A DNA stretch of 64,000 nt from Halorarum halobium (GCF_032116555.1 NZ_CP134949.1:2604001-2668000); one strand, 5' to 3'. Counted from the first letter of the stretch, positions 17,680 through 27,989 are shown. Program-made: numbers and translations. Notes: generated by a model from the sequence alone, not told the origin.

Positions 17680-18891
17680 TCAGGCCAGCACGTCGACCTC
17701 GTAGCCGTGCCCCTCCAGCGACGCGACGATCTCGGCGGCGTGCTCGTCGCCGTGGGCCTCGAGGTCGACCTCGACCTCCGCGGCGTTGACCGCGATGTCC
17801 CGCGAGGTGCGGTCGTGCCGGATGGCGAAGATGTTCGCGTTCGCGTCGGCGATGACCTCGACGAGCCGCTCCAGGGCGCCGGGCCGGTCCTTCAGTTCCG
17901 TCCGGACCTTGAGGTACCGGCCCATCTCGACGAGCCCCCGCAACACGACCGTCGTCAGCGTGTTCATGTCGATGTTGCCCCCCGAGAGGACCGGGACGAT
18001 CGTCTCGTCGTCCTCGTACTCGAACGCGCGTTCGAGGACCGCCGCGAGCGACACGGCCCCGGCGCCCTCGACGAGCGTCTTCGAACGTTCGAGCAGCTTC
18101 GTCACCGCGACGGCGATCTCCTCGTCGCTCACGGTGACGACCTCGTCGACGTGCTCCCGGATGACGGGGAACGTCTTCTCGCCCGTGGCCCGCACGGCGA
18201 TGCCGTCCGCGATGGTGTCGACGCTCGCGAGCTCCTGGCGGCTCCCCTTCCGCAGGGAGTCGGCCGTGGCTGAGGCACCCTCGGCCTGCACGCCGACGAC
18301 CCGCACGTCGTCGAGCGTCCCCTTCACCGCCGTGGCGACCCCCGAGACGAGTCCGCCGCCGCCGATTGGCACGACGACGGTGTCGGCCTCGGGGCACTGC
18401 TCTGCGATCTCCAGGCCGATGGTCCCCTGCCCGGCCATCACCAGCTCGTCGTCGAACGCGTGGACGTACGTGCGGTCCTCGGCGGCCTCGATCTCGTGGG
18501 CGCGGGCGGCCGCCTCGCTGTAGTCGACGCCGTGGAGCACCACGTCGCTGCCGTAGCGACGCGTCGCCGACACCTTCGAGATGGGCGCGTACTTCGGCAT
18601 GACGATGGTCGAGGGGACGCCCGCACGGGTCGCCGCGAGCGCGACGCCCTGGGCGTGGTTCCCGGCGGAGGCGGTGACGACGCCCCGCTCGCGCTCTTCC
18701 GCCGAGAGGGTGCCGATGCGGTTCCGAGCGCCGCGGATCTTGAACGACCCGGTGCGCTGGAACGTCTCCAGCTTGAGGTGGACGGTCGCACCGGTGGCAG
18801 CGGAGAAGGTGTGAGAGTACTCCAGCGGCGTGGTACGGGCGACCTCGTTCACCCGGTCGCGGGCCGCGAGCACGTCCGCTAGCGAGAGCAT
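17680..18891 (-). CDS. ilvA: Threonine ammonia-lyase with C-terminal ACT domain
   Basis: ETFQRTGSFKIRGA, SAGNHAQG, PIGGGGL, VEGAGA, LSGGNID and ACT motif DRPGAL. Confidence 0.95.
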   Translation of the reverse strand: MLSLADVLAARDRVNEVARTTPLEYSHTFSAATGATVHLKLETFQRTGSFKIRGARNRIGTLSAEERERGVVTASAGNHAQGVALAATRAGVPSTIVMPKYAPISKVSATRRYGSDVVLHGVDYSEAAARAHEIEAAEDRTYVHAFDDELVMAGQGTIGLEIAEQCPEADTVVVPIGGGGLVSGVATAVKGTLDDVRVVGVQAEGASATADSLRKGSRQELASVDTIADGIAVRATGEKTFPVIREHVDEVVTVSDEEIAVAVTKLLERSKTLVEGAGAVSLAAVLERAFEYEDDETIVPVLSGGNIDMNTLTTVVLRGLVEMGRYLKVRTELKDRPGALERLVEVIADANANIFAIRHDRTSRDIAVNAAEVEVDLEAHGDEHAAEIVASLEGHGYEVDVLA

Positions 18892-19081
18892 ACCGTGGTT
18901 CGGACGCGTCGCTGGTTAGTCGTTACGTCCGAAGGGGAGGGGGAATGCACGCGTGTGACGTGCAGTTGCTGGAAAGCCCCCCAGGTATAAAAATGTGCGT
19001 CACGCGAAGCGGAAGTAAAATCGCAAGAGGGCGTCGGTTAAATCCGCTCGTATGACGCCCGCACGCCGCCCGTCGCTCGCT

Positions 19082-19576
19082 TCAATCCACCGACGGGCGT
19101 GTGACCCGAATCGGGCGGTCCGCGACGGCGGCTCGCACCCGTTCCGGAAACGGGCCCGTACCGGGCCAGGAGGCCGCCGCGTCGAGCCGGTCGGGGTCGC
19201 CGACGTAGACGGCGGCCTCGCGGTCGCCGCCGGCGGGTGCACCGTCCGCCGGGCCGTCCACGCTCGCTCCGTCCGCCACCAGCGGGACCGACACGCGGAC
19301 GTACAGGCCGTCCTCGACCCGTTCGTACGCGTCGAGGGCGTCGACCTCGTCCGTCCTGAGCAGCCGGCCCGCCACCGCCGGGCCGTCCATCCGTCCGGTG
19401 GCCCCGCCGTCACGGCCGCCGGCGGAATCGGCGCCCTCGGCGGGCGCGAGCGTCGGATACTTCCCGTCGACGACCCGGAGGCCGTCCAGCACCGCCGGCC
19501 CGACGAACACGAACGAGTCGAGCACCTCCCGGACCCGCTCGGGGTTCGTCAGCGTCCCGTACACGAACACGTCCAT
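19082..19576 (-). CDS. Gamma-glutamylcyclotransferase family protein
   Basis: VFVYGTL and LDAYE…Y-R motifs. Confidence 0.85.
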   Translation of the reverse strand: MDVFVYGTLTNPERVREVLDSFVFVGPAVLDGLRVVDGKYPTLAPAEGADSAGGRDGGATGRMDGPAVAGRLLRTDEVDALDAYERVEDGLYVRVSVPLVADGASVDGPADGAPAGGDREAAVYVGDPDRLDAAASWPGTGPFPERVRAAVADRPIRVTRPSVD

Positions 19577-19654
19577 ACCGAGTTCACGTCGGGCCGGAGG
19601 AAGGCGTTTTCCCCCGTCGACCGCGGCCGGTCGCGTCGGCGCCGGCCGTCCGGC

Positions 19655-20491
19655 TCACGCGGGGTCGGGCAGGGACACGTCGGCGATGACGGGCAGGTGA
19701 TCGGACGGGTAGCAGCCGTCGCCGTACGTGTCCGAGCAGGTCCCGTGGTTGATCACGTCCACGCCCGCCGAAACGAACACGTGGTCGATCTTCTTCTCGG
19801 GGACCAGGTCGTTGAAGTCGGTCATGCTGGTCTCCGGGCCGTGGTGAGGGTACCGCGAGATGTGATGCGTGTCGGTCAGCGAGCGTCGGTGGGTCGCGCC
19901 CGCGCCGTCGGTCAGGACGCGGTACGGCTCGCTCGACTCCCGACAGTTGAAGTCGCCCGAGACGACGACGGGGACCGACCCTGACAGCTTGTCGATGCAG
20001 TCGCGGAGCAGCCGGGCGCTCTCGACCCGGGCGCGTTCGCCCCGGTGATCGAAGTGGGTGTTGACGTGGAGGAACTCACCGCCGGTCCGCCGGTCGCGGA
20101 ACCGCGCGTGGCGCACGAGCCGCGGCAGCGCGGCGTCCCAGCCGACGCTTCCCGACTCTCCGGGCGTCTCCGAGAGCCAGAAGGAGCCATCGTCCTCGGG
20201 GGCCAGTCGCTCGCGTCGGTAGCCGATGGGGACGTACTCGCCCGCGGTGCCGCCCTCGGGTCGGCCCGCGACGAGCCAGTCGAACGCCGGCAGCCGCTCC
20301 CGGAGGTCCTCCAGCTGGTCGTGGAGCGCCTCCTGCAGGCCGACGACGTGGGGACGGTGGAACCTGATCCCCGTGGCGATCGGGTCGCGCCGGTTCTCCC
20401 AGCCGTGTTCGCCGCCATCGATGTCGGCGTAGCGAACGTTGTAGCTCATCGCGCGCAACGGCGGCGCGGGCCGGTCGGTCACGCCGGCCAC
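19655..20491 (-). CDS. Endonuclease/exonuclease/phosphatase family protein
   Basis: MSYNVR, GLQE, NTHFDH, GDFN, IDHVF and PSDHLPV motifs. The start may be ATG 20449. Confidence 0.9.
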   Translation of the reverse strand: MAGVTDRPAPPLRAMSYNVRYADIDGGEHGWENRRDPIATGIRFHRPHVVGLQEALHDQLEDLRERLPAFDWLVAGRPEGGTAGEYVPIGYRRERLAPEDDGSFWLSETPGESGSVGWDAALPRLVRHARFRDRRTGGEFLHVNTHFDHRGERARVESARLLRDCIDKLSGSVPVVVSGDFNCRESSEPYRVLTDGAGATHRRSLTDTHHISRYPHHGPETSMTDFNDLVPEKKIDHVFVSAGVDVINHGTCSDTYGDGCYPSDHLPVIADVSLPDPA

Positions 20492-20501
20492 CTCCGGGCG
20501 G

Positions 20502-20786
20502 TCACGAGTACAGCTCCGCCGCGAAGCCGGCCTGGTGGTCCTCGACGAACGCGGCGATCTCCGTCAGGTCGGCCGCCGAGAGGTTCGGGTTGCCGTTCGT
20601 CCCGGCCCTGAACATCGAGAGCCGGCCGGTCAGGTAGCCGCGAACCCAGAGTTCCCCGGCCGTCGTCAGCCGGTCCTCGCTCTCGACGAGTTCCACGTCC
20701 GCCGACCCGTCCCGCATCCCCATCGCGATGCTCGCGGCCAGGTTCTCCGCGATCGCTTCGAGATACGCCCGCTCGTACGCTTCCAT
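20502..20786 (-). CDS. Hypothetical protein
   Basis: Acidic, haloarchaeal codon-style ORF MEAYERAYLEAIAENL…FAAELYS. Confidence 0.6.
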   Translation of the reverse strand: MEAYERAYLEAIAENLAASIAMGMRDGSADVELVESEDRLTTAGELWVRGYLTGRLSMFRAGTNGNPNLSAADLTEIAAFVEDHQAGFAAELYS

Positions 20787-20924
20787 GTTTTCGGGCAGGC
20801 GCTCGCACGCCATGCCGTTGGTGACGGGGTGGCGGCCGCTTTCGGACACGCGTGGTTCCGGTTCCTTCCCCGCGCGACGTTCCCCATTCGGTAGCCTGAA
20901 ACGGGGGCCGACGCAGGGACGTAC

Positions 20925-22316
20925 ATGAACACGGGCCGGCTGGTCGGGGTCTGGAAGCGGGTGCTCTCGCTGTCCTGGCCGGTCATGGCCGAACAGACGT
21001 TCCGCACGGCGATGCGGACGACCGACATCATCGTCACCGCGCAGTTCTCTCCGGCAGCCGTCGTCGCCATCGGCCTCGCGGACCTCTACGCCCGCTTCCC
21101 GCTCCGCATCGGCCTCGGCCTCGGCGGCGGCGCCATCGCGCTCTCCAGCCAAGACACCGGCGCGGCCGCGACCGGGAACCGGGACGAGGCGATCACGCAG
21201 GCGGTCCTGCTCGGACTCGTGCTGGGAATCCCGTTCGTCCTCCTCGGGTTCTTCTTCGGCGAGACCGTCATCGGGCTGCTCGGCGCGGACGCGGACACGG
21301 CCGCGCTCGGCGGGCAGTACCTGGCGATCGTCTTCGCCACCGCGCCCGCGCGCCACGTCTCGCTCATCGCCGCGCGCTCGCTCCAGGGCACCGGCGACAC
21401 GCGCACGCCGATGTACGTCAACGTCGTCGCCAACGGGTTCAACATCGTCGGCTCGGTCGCGCTGGGGCTCGGCTTCGCGCCGCTGGGCATCCCGCGGCTC
21501 GACGTCGTCGGCGTCGGCGTCGCCACCGCGGCCGCGAACGTGTTCACGGCGAGCATGCTGCTGGCGGCGATGGCGACCGACTGGTCCGACGCGAGCCTCG
21601 TGCGCCCCCGGGACCCGGTCATCGCCAGCCAGCTCGTCCGCGTCTCCGCCCCGCGAATCGTCGAGGGGTTCGCGGCGGCGCTCGCGGAGTTCCCGTTCAA
21701 CGCGCTCCTGCTGTCGTTCGGGACGAACGTGAACGCCGGCTTCCAGATCGGTCGGCGGATGTACCAGCAGGTGACCGGCCCGCTCTCGCGGGGCTACCAC
21801 GTCGCCGCGAGCGTCGTCGTCGGGCAGGCGCTCGGCGACGGCGACGACGAGGGCGCACGATACGACGGCTACGCGGTGACGGCGCTCGCGCTCGCGACCA
21901 TCGGCGTCATCGGCCTGGGGCTCGTCGCGCTCGCGCCGCAGTTCGTCCGGGTGTTCACCGACCAGCCGGAGACGGTTCCCTACGCCGTCGCCTTCGCGCG
22001 CGTCTACGGCGCGACCGCCGCGTTCCTGGCGACGTTCAGCGTGCTCTCGGGGGCGCTCCAGGGCGCGAGCGAGACGCGGGTTCCCCTGATCGCCCGTCTC
22101 GTCGGCGTGTTCGGCTTCCTGCTGGGCTTTTCCTTCCTCGCGGGAGTCACGCTCGGGTACGCCGAGGTCGGCGCCTACTGGGGCGTCGGCCTCCAGTACG
22201 TCGCGATGGCGGTGCTGGTGTTCGTCGGGTTCCGCTACACGAACTGGGCCGAGCGCGCCGCGGGGATGATGGCCGAACGCGGGACCGGCGACGGCGAGGT
22301 GACCGACGGGCCCTGA
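20925..22316 (+). CDS. MATE family efflux transporter
   Basis: About 12 TM segments; RTTDII, QGTGDTRTPM and GASETRVP motifs. Confidence 0.92.
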   Translation: MNTGRLVGVWKRVLSLSWPVMAEQTFRTAMRTTDIIVTAQFSPAAVVAIGLADLYARFPLRIGLGLGGGAIALSSQDTGAAATGNRDEAITQAVLLGLVLGIPFVLLGFFFGETVIGLLGADADTAALGGQYLAIVFATAPARHVSLIAARSLQGTGDTRTPMYVNVVANGFNIVGSVALGLGFAPLGIPRLDVVGVGVATAAANVFTASMLLAAMATDWSDASLVRPRDPVIASQLVRVSAPRIVEGFAAALAEFPFNALLLSFGTNVNAGFQIGRRMYQQVTGPLSRGYHVAASVVVGQALGDGDDEGARYDGYAVTALALATIGVIGLGLVALAPQFVRVFTDQPETVPYAVAFARVYGATAAFLATFSVLSGALQGASETRVPLIARLVGVFGFLLGFSFLAGVTLGYAEVGAYWGVGLQYVAMAVLVFVGFRYTNWAERAAGMMAERGTGDGEVTDGP

Positions 22317-22389
22317 CCGCCCAGGGGGACGGCCGCACGGGCGTGTGATGTTTCGGTAGCTACAAGTCCGACCGACGTCCCCGGCAGGT

Positions 22390-23856
22390 ATGTCCCTCCG
22401 CTCCCGAGCGGCGGCCGGCCTCGACGCCGCGCTGCCCGACGGCTGGTACCCGGTCTGGCGGCGCGCGCTCGGGCTTGGAATCCCCGTCACCGCGCGCAAC
22501 GGCGTCGGACAGCTCATGCGGACGACCGACGTCGTCATCTCGGCGGCGCTCTCGCCCGCTGCCGTCGTCGGCCTCGGCATCGCGGACCTGTTCGCCTCGC
22601 TCCCGTTCCGCGCGGCCGGCGGCGTCATCGGCGGGGCGGCGACGCTCACCAGCCAGGACACCGGCGCTGGCGCGACCGGGAACCGCGACGAGGCGTTCAC
22701 GCAGGCCGCCATGCTCGCAGCCCTGCTCACGCTCCCGTTCGCGGTCGTCGGCGTCGGCTTCGGCGCGGAGGTGCTCCGGCTCGTCGGAGCCGACGCCGAG
22801 TCCGCACGCCGCGGGGCCGAGTACCTCCTGCTCGTCTCCCTCCCGATGCCGCTGGGCGCGTTCGCCGCGGTGTCGAGCGCGACGCTGGAGGCGACCGGCG
22901 ACACCCGCACGCCGACGTACGTCTCCGTGCCGGCGTCGGCTGGCAACGCCGCCGCCTCGCTCGTGTTCGGGCTCGGCCTGCTGGGCGCGCCCCGCCTCGG
23001 CATCGTCGGCATCGGCGCGGCCTCGCTCGTGGCCATGACGGCCCGCTCGCTCGTGCTGGTCGGCTACACCCACCTGCGCGGCCCGGTCGACTTCGTCGCG
23101 CCGCGTGACCTCACGATCGCCCGACAGCTCGTCACGATCGCGGCCCCACAGAGCGCCGCTGGCCTCGTCACCGCGGTCGCGGTCTTCCCGTTCAACACGC
23201 TCGTGCTCCAGTTCGGGACCGCCGCGAACGCGGGCTACCAGCTCGCCTGGCGGGTGTACACGCAGGTGCTCGGTCCGATCGGCAGCGGCGTCGGCCGCGG
23301 CGCGAGCATCGTCGTCGGCCAGCGGCTCGGCGAGCAGGCCGCCACGGCTGCGGAAGCGGACGGCACGGCGTCGGATCGTGCCGACGGCGACGACGCGGCG
23401 ACGTCGGCGAGCCGAGCGGCGACGGCGCTGGTCGTGCTCGGCGGCGCGATCGCGCTCGTGTTCGGCGGCGGCGTGGCGCTCGCGGCGGCGCCCATCGCGC
23501 GACTGCTCGCGGCGGAGCCGGCCGTCGCCTCGGCGGCGGTCCCGTTCGTCACGGTGCTGGGGCTCGCGGGCGTGCTCGGCATCACGAACGTCGTCGCCTC
23601 GGCGTCGCTGGACGCCGGCGGCGAGACGCGGATCCCGCTGGCCTCGCGGGTGGTCGGGATGTTCGGCGGCTACGTCGGCGTCTCGTGGGGGCTCTACGAG
23701 TTCGCGGGCTGGGGAATCGAGGCGGCCTACGTCGGCCAGTTCGTCTGTTACGTCCTCATGCTCGCGGTGACCGCGTGGGGGCTCGTCCGGACGGACTGGG
23801 TCGGGCGGGCGACGCGGCTGCTCGACGAGCGCGGGAGCGTCGGCTCGGACGGGTGA
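22390..23856 (+). CDS. MATE family efflux transporter (tandem paralogue)
   Basis: RTTDVV, SQDTGAGATGNRDEA, ATGDTRTP and GGETRIP motifs. Confidence 0.9.
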   Translation: MSLRSRAAAGLDAALPDGWYPVWRRALGLGIPVTARNGVGQLMRTTDVVISAALSPAAVVGLGIADLFASLPFRAAGGVIGGAATLTSQDTGAGATGNRDEAFTQAAMLAALLTLPFAVVGVGFGAEVLRLVGADAESARRGAEYLLLVSLPMPLGAFAAVSSATLEATGDTRTPTYVSVPASAGNAAASLVFGLGLLGAPRLGIVGIGAASLVAMTARSLVLVGYTHLRGPVDFVAPRDLTIARQLVTIAAPQSAAGLVTAVAVFPFNTLVLQFGTAANAGYQLAWRVYTQVLGPIGSGVGRGASIVVGQRLGEQAATAAEADGTASDRADGDDAATSASRAATALVVLGGAIALVFGGGVALAAAPIARLLAAEPAVASAAVPFVTVLGLAGVLGITNVVASASLDAGGETRIPLASRVVGMFGGYVGVSWGLYEFAGWGIEAAYVGQFVCYVLMLAVTAWGLVRTDWVGRATRLLDERGSVGSDG

Positions 23857-23904
23857 TCGGTCGAAAGAAGTTCGGATCGGGCCTGCGGGTCGATGCCGCC
23901 CGGT

Positions 23905-24150
23905 TCAGCGACGGCCCAGGAGTTCGCGGCCGAGCAGGCCGACGGCGATGCCGGCGACGAACGCGCGGCCGGCGTCACGGCGGCGACGGGCGGCGTACTC
24001 CTCGGGGAAGCTCTCCGCCAGGATGTCGAACAGGCGGTCCCCCATCTCGTGTCGGAGCTGCTCGCCGCGCTGGCCGGCCTCGGAGCGGGCCTTCGCGCGG
24101 ACTCGGTCGGCGTACTCACGGCGCTGCTCGGGAGGTATTGTGAACTCCAT
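23905..24150 (-). CDS. Hypothetical protein with a C-terminal TM helix
   Basis: MEFTIPPEQRR…FPEEYAARRRRDAGRAFVAGIAVGLL. Confidence 0.6.
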   Translation of the reverse strand: MEFTIPPEQRREYADRVRAKARSEAGQRGEQLRHEMGDRLFDILAESFPEEYAARRRRDAGRAFVAGIAVGLLGRELLGRR

Positions 24151-24260
24151 ACGCACACATCGACCGCAAAACGGATAACCCCGTCGGCAGCAGTGTTAGC
24201 ACGTCCACTACCGGAAAACGAACGATACTGAACTGGTAACAGCCTCCGTCTTCGTGCGGC

Positions 24261-25397
24261 TTACCGCTCGTCGATCGGGACCCAGTCGGCGTCCTCCTCG
24301 CCGACGTACCGGGCGCGGGGCCGGATGAGCCGGTTGTCCTCGTACTGTTCGAGCACGTGGGCGATCCAGCCGCCGACGCGGCTGACCGCGAAGATCGGGG
24401 TGTACACGTCGATGGGGATGCCCATCTGGTAGTACGTCGACGCCGAGTAGAAGTCGACGTTGGGCGCGATCCCCTTCTCCTCCATCATGTACGCCTCGAT
24501 GGCCGTGGACATCTCGTACCACTTCGTGTCGCCGGCGGCCTCGCCCAGTTCCTCCGAGCGCTCGCTGAGGATCCTCGCCCGCGGGTCCTTCACGTCGTAG
24601 ACGCGGTGGCCGAAGCCGGCGACGCGGCGACCTTCATCGAGGGCCTCCTCGACCCAGTCGACCGGGTCCTGGCCGGCCTCGTCGACCTCCTTCAGCATCC
24701 GCATCACGTTGGCGTTCGCGCCGCCGTGGAGGCTCCCCGAGAGGGTGCCGACCGCGGAGGTGACCGCCGAGTGCAGGTCCGCGAGCGTCGAGGAGGTCAC
24801 CATCGCGGAGAACGTCGAGGCGTTCAGGCCGTGGTCGGCGTGCAGCACGAGCGCCTGATCGAACACGTCCGCGAGCACGTCGTCGGGCTCCTCGTCGTTC
24901 AGCATGTAGAGGAAGTTCGCGGCGTGGTCGAGGTCCTCGCGCGGCTCGACGGGCTCGTCGCCGTTCCGGATGCGGGCGAACGCGGCGAGCGCGGTCGGCA
25001 TCTTCGCCGTGATCCGTCGGCCCTTGCGGGCGTTCGCCTCGCGTTCGGTCGGGTCGGCGTCCACGTCGGAGTCGTGGGCCGACAGCGAGGAGGTGACGGT
25101 CCGCAGCGCGGCCATCGGCTCCTCGTCCGCCTCGGCGAGCTGGCGGACCGTCGCCAGCGTGTCCGCGGAGATGCCGCGCTCGGCGGCCATCGCGTCGGAG
25201 AACTCGGCCAGTTCGTCGGCCGTCGGCAGTTCGCCGTGCCAGAGGAGATAGAGCGTCTCCTCGAAGGAGGCGTGCTCGGCCAGGTCCTCGATGGCGTACC
25301 CCCGGTAGACGAGTTTCCCCTCGCCCCCGTCGATGAAGCTCAGACCGGACTCGGCGACCAGCACGCCCTCCAGTCCTCGCTTGAGTTCGTCGGACAT
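24261..25397 (-). CDS. citZ: Citrate synthase
   Basis: GLEGV, HADHGLNASTF, GSLHGGAN, GFGHRVY, DPRA and PNVDFY motifs. Confidence 0.97.
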   Translation of the reverse strand: MSDELKRGLEGVLVAESGLSFIDGGEGKLVYRGYAIEDLAEHASFEETLYLLWHGELPTADELAEFSDAMAAERGISADTLATVRQLAEADEEPMAALRTVTSSLSAHDSDVDADPTEREANARKGRRITAKMPTALAAFARIRNGDEPVEPREDLDHAANFLYMLNDEEPDDVLADVFDQALVLHADHGLNASTFSAMVTSSTLADLHSAVTSAVGTLSGSLHGGANANVMRMLKEVDEAGQDPVDWVEEALDEGRRVAGFGHRVYDVKDPRARILSERSEELGEAAGDTKWYEMSTAIEAYMMEEKGIAPNVDFYSASTYYQMGIPIDVYTPIFAVSRVGGWIAHVLEQYEDNRLIRPRARYVGEEDADWVPIDER

Positions 25398-25516
25398 GCT
25401 TCGAGGTTCCGAGTGGCGGCCGAAAAGCGTTATCTTTCAGGAGGGTTTCCTCCCCGAACGATCCCGCGGGTTCGCTGTAACGGGAGCGGTCGTGGTCCCG
25501 GTTGCGGGGGAGCCGA

Positions 25517-26539
25517 TTACGCGGTCGTCTCCGAGCGTCCGTCGCCGAAGCCGTGCGCGTCCTCGCGGGCCGACAGCAGCTCCTGGTAGCGGTTCCGGAT
25601 GGTGACCTCGCTCATGTCCGTGACCTCGCTGACCCGCTTCTGGGTCAGGTCGGCGTTCGTGAGCAGGCCGGCCGCGTAGATTGCCGCGGCGGCGAGCCCG
25701 ACGGGCGACTTGCCCGAGTGGACGTTCGCCCGCTTTGCCGTCTCCAGCAGTTCGCGCGCCTCGCGCTCCGTCTCGTCGCTCACGCCCAGGTCCGAGGCGA
25801 ACCGCGGGAGGTACTCGGCCGGGTCCGCCGGCTCGATCTCCAGGCTGAGCTCCCGGACCGTGTAGCGGTAGGCGCGCTCGAACGTCTCCTCGTCGACCCG
25901 CGAGACGCGCGCCACCTCGTCGATCGAGCGCGGGACGTTCGCCATCCGCGCCGCGGCGTGGAGGCTGGCCGTGGCGATCCCCTCGATCGAGCGCCCGGGC
26001 AGCATGTCCTTCTCCAGCGCCTGCCGGTAGATGACCGACGCCGTCTCGCGGACGTTCTCGGGCAGGCCGAGCGCGCTGGCCATCCGCTCGATCTCGCCCA
26101 GCGCCTGCTTGAGGTTCCGCTCCTGGTGGTCCGTGGTCCGGAACCGCTCGTTCCACGTGCGGAGCCGCGACATGCGGCGGCGCTGGTTGTTCGAGAGCTG
26201 GTTGCCGTATGCGTCCTTGTCCTGCCAGCCGATGTTCGTCGAGAGCCCCTTGTCGTGCATCATGTTCGTCGTCGGGGCACCCACGCGGCTCTTCTCGTCC
26301 TTCTCGGCCGAGTCGAACGCACGCCACTCGGGCCCGCGGTCGATCTCGTCCTCCTCGACCACCAGCCCACAGTCTCGACACACGGTCTCGCCCCGCGCCT
26401 CGTCGACCTCGAGGTTGCCGCCGCACTCGGGACACGCGTGCTGCTCTTCGTGGGTCGACGTTCGCTCGTCGTCCGTGGTTTCCACGTCGTCGGTGCTGTA
26501 CTCCGTCTCGCTGTGCTGGAACTGTCGTACGTTGCTCAT
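25517..26539 (-). CDS. tfb: Transcription initiation factor IIB
   Basis: CPECG…CRDCG Zn ribbon, IDRGPEWRAF, HDKGLST, ERNL, GRSIE, GKSPVG and EVTIRNRY motifs. Confidence 0.96.
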   Translation of the reverse strand: MSNVRQFQHSETEYSTDDVETTDDERTSTHEEQHACPECGGNLEVDEARGETVCRDCGLVVEEDEIDRGPEWRAFDSAEKDEKSRVGAPTTNMMHDKGLSTNIGWQDKDAYGNQLSNNQRRRMSRLRTWNERFRTTDHQERNLKQALGEIERMASALGLPENVRETASVIYRQALEKDMLPGRSIEGIATASLHAAARMANVPRSIDEVARVSRVDEETFERAYRYTVRELSLEIEPADPAEYLPRFASDLGVSDETEREARELLETAKRANVHSGKSPVGLAAAAIYAAGLLTNADLTQKRVSEVTDMSEVTIRNRYQELLSAREDAHGFGDGRSETTA

Positions 26540-26611
26540 TGGGAGGGTGGGAGGCCTGGCGTTCACCGGCACGCCCGGGTAGGTACTTCACTTCGAGTTA
26601 GCGGGCCAAAG

Positions 26612-26626
26612 CTTAAAAACCTTTCG
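26612..26626 (-). promoter_or_regulatory. BRE + TATA box of tfb
   Basis: Minus strand reads CGAAAG-G-TTTTTAAG, about 75 nt upstream of the ATG. Confidence 0.7.
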
Positions 26627-26777
26627 CGAAATCCGCGTGGACGATTCTCACGGTACACGACCGTAGCCCCCGGAGAACCGGATTTTCGATCGTGATACTG
26701 ATCGCCGTCCTGGGTTCGGCGATCGTCGGGCGAGGAGTGCCGACGCCGTGGGGGGCGTGCCCGCCGGCGACCGCCGG

Positions 26778-27989
26778 TCATCGGGAGGGCGGTTCGGGGC
26801 GCTCGGCGAGCGTCACGGTCACCTCCGTCCGCTCGCCGTCGCGGATCACCGTCAGCGTGACCGTGTCCCCCGGTCGGGCTTCGGTCAGGAGGTACTGGGA
26901 GAGGTCCTCCGTCGAGTCGACAGCCCGGCCGTCGATGCCGACGACGACATCGCCCCCGACCGGCACCCTCGTGCCGTCGACGACGGCGAACCCGGTCGTC
27001 CCCCGGAGAGTGCCCGCCGCGGGCCCGCCCTGGGCGGTCTCGTGGACGTACACGCCGTCGGTCGCGTTCAGCCCGGTCGCGCTCACGAGCCCCGGCGTCA
27101 CGGGCGCGGTCGTCACGCCGAGGTAGGCGTGATCGTACTCGCCCGTCCGGACGAGGGCGGGGACGACCTGCTCGACGAGCGTCGCGGAGACCGCGAAGCC
27201 GATGTTGTCGGCCCGTGCCGCGGGAATCCCGGCGGTGTTGACGCCGACGACGGTGCCGTCACAGGTCACGAGCGGCCCGCCGCTGTTGCCGGGGTTGATC
27301 GGCGCGTCGGTCTGGATGACGTTCGGGACGGCCCCGGCCCGCGTCGTCGGGAGCGTCCGGTTGACGCCGCTCACGATGCCGTGGGTGATCGACTCGTCGA
27401 GTCCGAGCGGGTTGCCGATCGCGGCGACCTTGCGGCCCGGGTCCGGCGGCGACGACGCCACCGGAAGCGCCCGCGCGGAGTCGGGCGTCCGGGTCACGCG
27501 AACCACCGCGAGGTCAGCAAGCCGGTCGCGGCCGACGACCTCGCCGCGTCGCGACTCCTCGGTCGCGAACTGGACGATGACCGAACTCGCGTCGCCGACG
27601 ACGTGCGCGTTCGTGACGACGTAGCTCGTGTCGTTCGTCCCCGAGACCCGGTAGACGAAGCCCGAGCCCTGGCCGGCGTTCGTCCGCACCCCGACCACCG
27701 ACGTGATGACCCCGTCGTAGAGCGCGGCGTAGTCGCAGGTCGCGGTCCCGGCTCTCCCGTTCGACTGCGCGAGGCCGGGTGCCGTCGATGGTTCGGACGC
27801 GGACGCCCGCGGCGCCGATGGCAGTGCCGAGGACCCGAACCCGGCGGCCGACGGCCCGGACCCGGCGGCCGAGGATGTGGACGGTGTCGACGACGACGAC
27901 GGCGGTGCTGACGACGCGACTCCGCTCACGCCGACGACGGCGCTCGCGAGCACGAGGACGGTCACGAGGAGCACGCGACTGGGGCGCAT
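26778..27989 (-). CDS. HtrA-like trypsin serine protease with PDZ domain, secreted
   Basis: Signal peptide, S/P-rich linker, GSGFV, VTNAHVV, DLAV, IQTDAPINPGNSGGPL and a PDZ domain. Confidence 0.93.
   Translation of the reverse strand: MRPSRVLLVTVLVLASAVVGVSGVASSAPPSSSSTPSTSSAAGSGPSAAGFGSSALPSAPRASASEPSTAPGLAQSNGRAGTATCDYAALYDGVITSVVGVRTNAGQGSGFVYRVSGTNDTSYVVTNAHVVGDASSVIVQFATEESRRGEVVGRDRLADLAVVRVTRTPDSARALPVASSPPDPGRKVAAIGNPLGLDESITHGIVSGVNRTLPTTRAGAVPNVIQTDAPINPGNSGGPLVTCDGTVVGVNTAGIPAARADNIGFAVSATLVEQVVPALVRTGEYDHAYLGVTTAPVTPGLVSATGLNATDGVYVHETAQGGPAAGTLRGTTGFAVVDGTRVPVGGDVVVGIDGRAVDSTEDLSQYLLTEARPGDTVTLTVIRDGERTEVTVTLAERPEPPSR

Noticed and set aside
18900..19080. TATAAAA and TTAAAT boxes pointing away from ilvA (possible sRNA)
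   Set aside because: No downstream ORF or fold that I can support; needs transcript data.
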